A stretch of DNA of 34,625 nucleotides from Dehalococcoidia bacterium (GTDB taxonomy: Bacteria; Chloroflexota; Dehalococcoidia; Dehalococcoidales; CSSed11-197). The DNA lies in assembly GCA_003552785.1 (NCBI GenBank), contig PUOQ01000064.1:1-34625 (forward strand), read 5' to 3'. The notes under the pieces are model-generated. The model saw only the letters and a list, made by a program, of their open reading frames with translations. It ran no database searches and had not been told where the DNA came from. Positions within the stretch are counted from its first letter, which is position 1. Each line of letters starts with the position of its first letter. Both the position numbers and the translations under genes were made by a program. Shown here piece after piece: positions 28,135 through 34,625 of this stretch.

Positions 28135-28189
28135 TTGACTCAAACGCCTCTGCATGATATCCTAATAATACGGTATACAATTACCGTAT
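28135..28189 (+). promoter_or_regulatory. Sigma70-type promoter of asnB with a palindromic operator at the predicted start site
   Basis: TTGACT (28135-40), 17 nt spacer ending in TGn, TATCCT (28158-63). ATACGGTA-N6-TACCGTAT at 28168-28189. Confidence 0.6.
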
Positions 28190-28267
28190 ATTAAGCCTTG
28201 ATGTTTTTCGGAGAAAGGAATTGTTGCCGGAAGCATCAAAAATTTTAGCTTAAGGATGTGATTTTTT

Positions 28268-29875
28268 GTGTGTGGTATAAGTGGATGTTTTGGAAAGAGA
28301 GACGAGGTAACAATAAACAAAATGCTGGATGCGCTTACCAAGCGTGGCCCGGATGACAGGGGTGTCTACGCTTATGGCGATATGGTGCTTGGCCATACCC
28401 GGCTTTCGATTGTGGACGTTAAAAAAGGCCACCAGCCGATTCTGGCGAAAGCTGGCCGAGCAGGGGTCATCTGCAACGGTGAAATTTACAATTTCATGTC
28501 GCTTCGCAACCAAATTGGGCCGGGGGCCTCTTTTAAGACGGGTTCAGACTCCGAAGTAGTTCTGCATATGTATTTGAAGGAAGGACCCGATTTTGTAAAG
28601 AAATTGGATGGCATGTTTGCCTTTGTTGTATTTGATGGGGATGATTTCATGCTGGCGCGAGACCCTGTGGGCATAAAACCCCTTTATTATGGTTATTCCA
28701 AAGGGGCTATGTATGTAAGCTCCGAACTGGGCGCGATGAGCCTTGCGGATGTCAGTGAGGTGTACGAATTCCCAGCTGGCCACTATTATACGCCGAAAGA
28801 AGGTTTCAAGCGCTATTATTCGACTCCTCCGGTTCATGACTTTATCCTTACAGAGGTAGAGGAAGCCAGCAGCCTTATACGCCAAACCTTTAAAGCAGCA
28901 GTAAAGAAACGTTTACTTGCTGACAAAGAAATTGCAGTAGGTTCATTTTGTTCTGGCGGACTTGACTCAAGCCTGGTCGCTGCCATAGCAGCAGAAGAAA
29001 TTCCGCACCTGCATACCTTTGCCGTGGGCATGAAGGACAAAGACGGCAATGAGAGTGACGACCTGCCGGCTTCGCGTGTGGCTGCCCGGCATATTGGGTC
29101 GACTCACCACGAACTGATATTTTCCGAGGATGATTATTACCGGGCCCTGCCCGGGGTTATCCGCAAGCTGGAAAGTTACGACCCTTCTCTGGTCAGGTGT
29201 GCTGTTCCCTGTTATTTCACCTGCAAACTTGCCAGTCCGTATGTTACTGTAGTGCTTACCGGTGAGGGAGCCGACGAACTGTTTGCGGGTTACCATTATA
29301 TGAAGCATTTGCCGCCGGATAAAATAAATGCCGAAGGACGGCGCCTGATCGGGAATCTACACAACATAAACCTGCAGCGGGCAGACAGGATGGGCATGCA
29401 CTTTGGTCTTGAGTTGAGAGTGCCCTTTTTGGATTTATCCATGATAGATCTGGCCATGAAAATACCTGCCCGGCTTAAAATACGCGAGTTCAACCATGCC
29501 GGTGAGAGCATCGAGAAATGGATTTTGAGAAAGGCTTTCAGTGGCACCGGATTGCTCCCTGAAGACATTTTGTGGCGCTACAAGGTGCAGTACACACAGG
29601 GCACCGGTTGTGAAAGCCTGGGGGAGAAGCTTGCCGAAGACGAAATCAGCGACGATGAGCATGAGAGACTTAAAGCCGAAAACCCCGGTGCCTTTTTAAA
29701 CACTAAAGAAGCTGCCTACTATTTTAAGATATTTAAAAAGTACCACCCGCAGGAATCAGTCTTAAAATCAATCGGTATCTGGAAGGGGTTTAATTTCGCC
29801 GAAGAGAGGGAACCGGTTAGCGGAACGTTTGGGGATGAGCTGGTGCATGACTACCGGGGCATTGCCAGCGGTTAG
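28268..29875 (+). CDS. asnB: Asparagine synthase (glutamine-hydrolysing) family amidotransferase
   Basis: N-terminal MCGI (Ntn Cys), RGPD, GHTRLSIVD, NGEIYN, SGGLDSS, TGEGADELFAGY and ELRVPFLD. Confidence 0.92.
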   Translation: MCGISGCFGKRDEVTINKMLDALTKRGPDDRGVYAYGDMVLGHTRLSIVDVKKGHQPILAKAGRAGVICNGEIYNFMSLRNQIGPGASFKTGSDSEVVLHMYLKEGPDFVKKLDGMFAFVVFDGDDFMLARDPVGIKPLYYGYSKGAMYVSSELGAMSLADVSEVYEFPAGHYYTPKEGFKRYYSTPPVHDFILTEVEEASSLIRQTFKAAVKKRLLADKEIAVGSFCSGGLDSSLVAAIAAEEIPHLHTFAVGMKDKDGNESDDLPASRVAARHIGSTHHELIFSEDDYYRALPGVIRKLESYDPSLVRCAVPCYFTCKLASPYVTVVLTGEGADELFAGYHYMKHLPPDKINAEGRRLIGNLHNINLQRADRMGMHFGLELRVPFLDLSMIDLAMKIPARLKIREFNHAGESIEKWILRKAFSGTGLLPEDILWRYKVQYTQGTGCESLGEKLAEDEISDDEHERLKAENPGAFLNTKEAAYYFKIFKKYHPQESVLKSIGIWKGFNFAEEREPVSGTFGDELVHDYRGIASG

Positions 29876-30071
29876 CGGAATTATTGAAACTTCTGACTTT
29901 TTAAAACCTCCTGGCTTTAGGTTACAATTAACCCGGAGGAAATCTCCGCGCCAAAGATTCTATAATAACCATACAGGAATTTTTGCGTTATACTAACGGC
30001 GGAATTGTGACCTGTAGAATGCAGCCTTTATTTGCCGATAATTAAGAACCAGGAGTAACCAGCCTTAACGC

Positions 30072-31010
30072 ATGAGTTTAAAAAAACCCTTAAAAAGCCC
30101 GGTATTTTTTGGTGTGCTTCTTTTTGTTGCCGCCCACATTGTCATGCTTTTCCTGGTATCCAGCATGAACCCCTTTCTTGAGGAGCAAAACATTTATGTG
30201 CCTCCCCAGCCACCCGAAGTTATTACCTTGTGGCCGGGAGAGGTGACCCTCCCATCCGGGGAGGTTTACCAGGTTTCGCCTTACTCATCGCTCGGGCCGA
30301 TAATCATCTATTTCGTGGTCGTGGTGGCTGTTTTAAGCCTGGTTCTTTCCGTAATTCCACTCGGGGCTTTGAAATTTATCCTTAGATTGGTATTTGCACT
30401 GCTTTTTGCCTGGGGAGGGTTTATAGGCACGGTGTTTTACCTGCCCTATCCACTGGCAATTATAATTGGCTTGGGGCTGGGGGCAATCTGGGTGTTTATG
30501 CCGATGGTATGGTTGCATAACCTGGTTTTGATACTGGCTCTTACCAGTCTGGCGGCGGTTTTTGGGAGGTTTATTACTCCCTGGACGGCCATGTTTGTTG
30601 TTCTGGGGCTTGCGCTCTATGACTTTATTGCGGTGCGCTACGGGTTTATGCTGTGGATGGCAGACAAATTAGCCAGGTCGGATGCCCTGCCGGCAGTTAT
30701 AATTCCCAAAGATATCCATGGCTGGGGGTTGAACCTGAAGCGCAATGGCGTTACGGATCTTCTTGAACCCAAGCCCGGTGACAGGCAGTACTCCATATTG
30801 GGTGGTGGCGATATTGCCTTCCCCTGCCTGCTTACCGCTTCGGTGTACTTTGCCCAGGGTTTAACACCGGCACTGGTGATTGCAGCTTTCGGCTTGCTGG
30901 GGCTTATGGGAGCTTACGCCATCCAGGCATTTGTTGTAAAAGGCAGGGCAGTGCCTGCCATACCGCCGATTGCCGCCTTTTGTATAGTTGGCCTGCTAGT
31001 GGCTTTATAA
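30072..31010 (+). CDS. Presenilin/SPP-like intramembrane aspartyl protease (A22/PSH-like)
   Basis: About 9 TM segments with ALYDFIAV (YD), LGGGDIAF (GxGD) and VPAIPPI (PAL-like) in the canonical order. Confidence 0.85.
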   Translation: MSLKKPLKSPVFFGVLLFVAAHIVMLFLVSSMNPFLEEQNIYVPPQPPEVITLWPGEVTLPSGEVYQVSPYSSLGPIIIYFVVVVAVLSLVLSVIPLGALKFILRLVFALLFAWGGFIGTVFYLPYPLAIIIGLGLGAIWVFMPMVWLHNLVLILALTSLAAVFGRFITPWTAMFVVLGLALYDFIAVRYGFMLWMADKLARSDALPAVIIPKDIHGWGLNLKRNGVTDLLEPKPGDRQYSILGGGDIAFPCLLTASVYFAQGLTPALVIAAFGLLGLMGAYAIQAFVVKGRAVPAIPPIAAFCIVGLLVAL

Positions 31011-31110
31011 TTAAAAGAAAACATTATAAAGAGAGCCGGATTTGTCAGGCTATTTAAGCAAACGGGGTATGGTAAACTGCACCTGTTTAAAAAATGGGCC
31101 ATTAAAATTT

Positions 31111-31293
31111 ATGATGGGAGAGAAATTGGATAAAGAAGTAGTAATCCGTACCAGGGGCCTTACCAGGCATTTTACTACGTTGTGCCGTAACCTTCTGGAA
31201 GTGGATGATTTGAGTATTGAAGTATCAAAGCTGGAAAATTTGCCAATGTGCCCCTACCTTTCCGGGCGGACCAATCTGGAGGTGCCTGCCTGA
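31111..31293 (+). pseudogene. Internally deleted relic of an ABC-2-type ATP-binding protein
   Basis: VIRTRGLTRHF...VDDLSIEV (ABC N-terminus) joins directly to ENLPMCPYLSGRTNLE (post-Q-loop segment). Walker A is missing. Confidence 0.5.
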
Positions 31294-31347
31294 TTCGACA
31301 TTGCAGATCGAACGGGTAAACCGCAGCAGGATATTGATGGATTAATT

Positions 31348-32745
31348 ATGCAAAGGCAGGAAAATATCTACCGGCAACTTATAAAAGAAACTCGAGTCTG
31401 GGCCAGGGGCAGGCAGAAGGGTCCCGGGCGCGCCTCAGGCCTCCGGCATGAAGCGATCTTAAATAACCACGCCTATTACATGGATAATGTTCCGTGCTAC
31501 CGGAAACTGGCGCTTGAGGAAGGCTTAAGCAAAGAAGTTGATTTAAGTACCATTAAATCTTCCCTGATGCTGGAAGCCGGGGTTTTTAAAAGCTATGACC
31601 AGAAATGGCTGGATAACGGGGATTATACCCGGATGACGCAGTGGCTTTCGGATATCTACCACCGGCGTATCCATGTCGATATGGCCGGGGTTGCTGCCAT
31701 AGATGAATGGATAGACCGGCTTGATAAAAACGGGATTCACGTGGTTTACAGTTCAGGCACTTCCGGTAACTTCTCTTTTGTGCCCCGACAGAAGAAAAAC
31801 CGGGCTCTTTCCCGGACGGTTAACATTGCCGGGCTGTCCCCTCAACTTGCCAGCAGAATTGGAAGTGGCTTTGCTGGGGCTTTGCTTCGTATGTCTGCAG
31901 CGTTTGTGCCACCTGAAGGTGTTATGAAGTTTGCTACCAGAAAAAGCCTTGGCGGTTATGACGGATGCTTTCTTACTTTTCGTGGCGGCAGAATGGGAAA
32001 CCAGTCACTGATAGAAGAGCTTGCTCCCATGTTTAGCCAGCATTACTTTCTTTACACTATGGATATAACCGGCTCGGCGCTTCGCAGCTTGCGGCGTGGC
32101 GCAAAAAACGAAGTGGAACGGCAGCTGGTTGAAGATTTGAAAAGGGAAGTTTTAGAGCGGAAGGAAGAGAATTACCGCTGCATTATTGAAAATATGCAGG
32201 CTTCGACTGACGCAGGCAAGAAAGTTTTTGTTTTCGGGGCACCCTATCAGTTCAAGGAGTTATGCGAGATCCTGGAAAGCATGAACCGGTGCCTTGATTT
32301 GAAAGAGGGCAGTCTGGGGCTTTTTGGTGGTGGGTGGAAATCCTTTGCTGGGGAAGCTATAGAGCGTGAAGTGCTGGTTGAAAATATCAGCCTTAAACTG
32401 GGCCTGTCGCCGGAAATGATTCTGGAAGGCTATTCTATGACTGAAATTAACGTGCTAACGCTAAGATGCAGTAGGGGGCGCTTTCACATTCCGCCTTCTA
32501 TAGAACCGGTGCTGCTGGATGAAGAGTTGAACGTAAAGGATGGCCTGGAAGGGGAAGGCACCTTTGGCTTTCTTGACGCTCTGGCGGTGGATTACCCCGG
32601 TTTCATAATAACCGGAGATCATGTGAAGATGGTGGAAGGCGAATGCGGCTGCTCTCTCTCCGGTCCTGCAGTAATACAAGTTGGGCGCAAGGCCGGTGTC
32701 GAGTTAAAGGGGTGCGGTGGTATTATGGGTTCTATGGGGGTATAA
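31348..32745 (+). CDS. LuxE-like acyl-protein synthetase
   Basis: Adenylation loop SSGTSG, GGGWKS, YSMTE, PGFIITGD, and C-terminal GR...KGCG carrying the acyl-accepting Cys. Confidence 0.85.
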   Translation: MQRQENIYRQLIKETRVWARGRQKGPGRASGLRHEAILNNHAYYMDNVPCYRKLALEEGLSKEVDLSTIKSSLMLEAGVFKSYDQKWLDNGDYTRMTQWLSDIYHRRIHVDMAGVAAIDEWIDRLDKNGIHVVYSSGTSGNFSFVPRQKKNRALSRTVNIAGLSPQLASRIGSGFAGALLRMSAAFVPPEGVMKFATRKSLGGYDGCFLTFRGGRMGNQSLIEELAPMFSQHYFLYTMDITGSALRSLRRGAKNEVERQLVEDLKREVLERKEENYRCIIENMQASTDAGKKVFVFGAPYQFKELCEILESMNRCLDLKEGSLGLFGGGWKSFAGEAIEREVLVENISLKLGLSPEMILEGYSMTEINVLTLRCSRGRFHIPPSIEPVLLDEELNVKDGLEGEGTFGFLDALAVDYPGFIITGDHVKMVEGECGCSLSGPAVIQVGRKAGVELKGCGGIMGSMGV

Positions 32746-32758
32746 AAAGGAGGGGCAC

Positions 32759-34360
32759 ATGGAAGCGCTTTGCAACCGGCATGGTTTATTCAGGTTAAAA
32801 GAAGAGCTGGTTCGAGTTCCATTTGTAGTAAAAGGCAGGCTGGTATTGCCGCCCGAGGTTAGCCCGGAAAGTGTCAGGGAGGCATTCAGTCGAGCTGGTG
32901 AATATGCCACACTGGTAAAAATGGAGAACGTACAGGTTTTAAGGGAGCCTGTTATCCAGCGCTCCAGCATGAAGTATACCGGGGAATATATTTATCAGGT
33001 TATGCCTGCCCCCGGTGCTTATGAACTCATCGAGCCTGAAACAGCTACTCTGGCAGACGGCCTTTATCGGCTGGGTGTTGACGACATTCTTGATTATATC
33101 GAGTCAATCGTATCTACTTTGCTGGAAAACTATTCGCTGGCGATGAGGGTTCTTGAACTGTTGCGCCGGACCTCAGAGTTTCCGGAAGCGTTTCTTGATG
33201 ACTGGATAAACAGTACAGCCTCAAGCTTAAACCGTGAAACCGCCCGGCAGATGATTGACAGTGAGCTATCTTTTATGGGAAAACCGGGCAGCCAATATCT
33301 TGAAGGCTGGGTTGAAGTTCCCGGCGGTGCCAAATCCGGGTGGTTAAGGCAAAAAGCGGTTGAAATATTCGGGCGAAATGAAAATATGCCTGAGGTAAAA
33401 CGGCCGTATGTGCGGGCTATGCCTACACGTCAATTGCACATAACTGCCGGGAACGCGCCTGAAGTGCCGCTGGTTTCAGCCCTAAGGGCAGTGCTCACCA
33501 AGTCTGCCGCAGTAATAAAGATGCCATATGGCGCCACTTTATCAGGAGCTTTTTTTGCGATGGCGGCGGTTGCAGCCGCCCCCGATCATCCCATAACCCG
33601 GCACCTTTCTATGGTTTACTGGCAGGGTGGCGATGAAGCAATAGAGGCCGAATTACTGATGTCAGGTGCATTTGACCGGATGGTGGTGTGGGGTGGGCAT
33701 GAGGCCATAGCTTCTATGCAATCCAGAACCCATTTTGCCCGGGCTGTGTATCTTAATCCGCGCTACGGTGTGAGCTTTATCGGCAATGAAGCCTTTTCTG
33801 CAAGCCTGGAAGAAGTGGCGATGAGGGCTTCACTGGATGTAATGATACACAATCAGAAAGCATGCAGTTCTTCACTGGTGCATTATGTTGAGGGCTCAGC
33901 CGGGCAGGCTGTCAGGTATGCAGGAATGCTTCAGGAAGCGCTTTACAGGTGGGATGAGGAAATACCCAATTTTTTAAATCCTTTAAAAAAGGCTCAGTTG
34001 AAGCGTATGCGGCGGGGCCGCTATATCGGGGCTGAATGGCTGGTAAATACGCGGGAGGGAGAATTTTCATCCGGTGTGGTTGTTATTCAGGACGAGTTCG
34101 ACATATTGGACCATCCCATGTGCCGGCTGGTAGTGGTTAAACCCGTAGACAGGCTTGAAGGAGCCTTGAAGAAGTTAAACCAGTTTGTTTCTACTGCCGG
34201 AGTTTACCCGGAAGAGCGCCGCTTGGAACTCAGAGACAGGATGCTCTCAAGGGGGGTTTCGAGTGTATTAAGCCTGGGGCATTGTGAAAACCTGTATTCC
34301 GGTATGCCTCATGACGGCATGCTGGTTCTTGGCCACCTGGTGGATTGGAAGAACAGTTAA
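32759..34360 (+). CDS. LuxC-like acyl-CoA/acyl-protein reductase
   Basis: HITAGNAP, YWQGGD, WGGHEA, PRYG, NQKACSS (catalytic Cys) and PHDGM. ATG 32759 follows AGGAGG. Confidence 0.87.
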   Translation: MEALCNRHGLFRLKEELVRVPFVVKGRLVLPPEVSPESVREAFSRAGEYATLVKMENVQVLREPVIQRSSMKYTGEYIYQVMPAPGAYELIEPETATLADGLYRLGVDDILDYIESIVSTLLENYSLAMRVLELLRRTSEFPEAFLDDWINSTASSLNRETARQMIDSELSFMGKPGSQYLEGWVEVPGGAKSGWLRQKAVEIFGRNENMPEVKRPYVRAMPTRQLHITAGNAPEVPLVSALRAVLTKSAAVIKMPYGATLSGAFFAMAAVAAAPDHPITRHLSMVYWQGGDEAIEAELLMSGAFDRMVVWGGHEAIASMQSRTHFARAVYLNPRYGVSFIGNEAFSASLEEVAMRASLDVMIHNQKACSSSLVHYVEGSAGQAVRYAGMLQEALYRWDEEIPNFLNPLKKAQLKRMRRGRYIGAEWLVNTREGEFSSGVVVIQDEFDILDHPMCRLVVVKPVDRLEGALKKLNQFVSTAGVYPEERRLELRDRMLSRGVSSVLSLGHCENLYSGMPHDGMLVLGHLVDWKNS

Positions 34361-34625
34361 TCGGGGTTAAGAACATTTTAAGGCAAGGAGAAAATATTTG
34401 GAAAAATTAAAAAAAGCCTGGTGTAAGCTTATATTAATTTCCGTTGCTCTGACTTTTCTTTTACTTTTGCCGGTTTTTTATGAAATCTATTACCAGGCTT
34501 ATTATTACACCCTTGTGATTCTTATCTCACCCCTGCCCTTTTTAAGGATATTTTATGAAAGAAAGCTAGACGAAGTTTTTTATCGGAAGTGGGAAAAACA
34601 ACGGCGGTGGGGGTTCTGGCCAAAT

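Noticed and set aside
31291-31293. Second selenocysteine TGA fusing the small ORF to luxE
   Set aside because: There is no redox-motif context or convincing hairpin, and the upstream ORF looks like a decayed ABC fragment.
206-33333. Numerous 60-130 aa antisense or alternate-frame ORFs (e.g. 3342-3662, 4227-4547, 8461-8712, 24315-24713, 25022-25345)
   Set aside because: They overlap well-supported genes, lack RBSs and motifs, and are best read as shadow ORFs.
31348-34360. Bioluminescence operon
   Set aside because: There is no luxA, luxB, luxD or luxG in the window, and LuxC/E homologs occur in non-luminous bacteria.
34555-34625. ATG-AAA-GAA-AGC-TAG followed by Gly-rich, P-loop-like codons at the window end
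   Set aside because: Too short and truncated to call a gene, a pseudogene or amber readthrough.
1-34625. CRISPR array, tRNA, rRNA or IS element
   Set aside because: No regularly spaced repeats, cloverleaf or rRNA signatures, transposase ORFs or terminal inverted repeats were seen.

Overview
Bacterial chromosomal segment of moderate GC, probably from an anaerobe. Gene content is reminiscent of Dehalococcoidia/Chloroflexota, but that is inference only. In order it holds: the end of an Opp/Dpp ABC operon; a 447-aa hypothetical protein; a DUF2905-like protein; DegV; two inverted paralogous membrane proteins flanking a lipoprotein and an ArsC/Spx-family gene; a DUF485-ActP-USP operon behind a terminator-like leader hairpin; a 10-gene siroheme-dependent heme operon (HTH regulator, ahbC, ahbD, fused ahbAB, sirC/met8, hemA, hemC, cobA-hemD, hemB, hemL) with a palindrome over its promoter; a 4-PAS hybrid histidine kinase; an SDR + steroid 5-alpha-reductase + tocopherol-cyclase-family operon; asnB; a presenilin-like GxGD protease; an ABC-ATPase relic; and a luxE-luxC pair without luciferase. 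The strongest unannotated signal is that the ArsC/Spx gene extends upstream through an in-frame TGA in a UxxC motif with a SECIS-like hairpin, making it a probable selenoprotein. No rRNA, tRNA, CRISPR array or intact mobile element was seen. All family calls come from motif recognition by eye, not from database searches.
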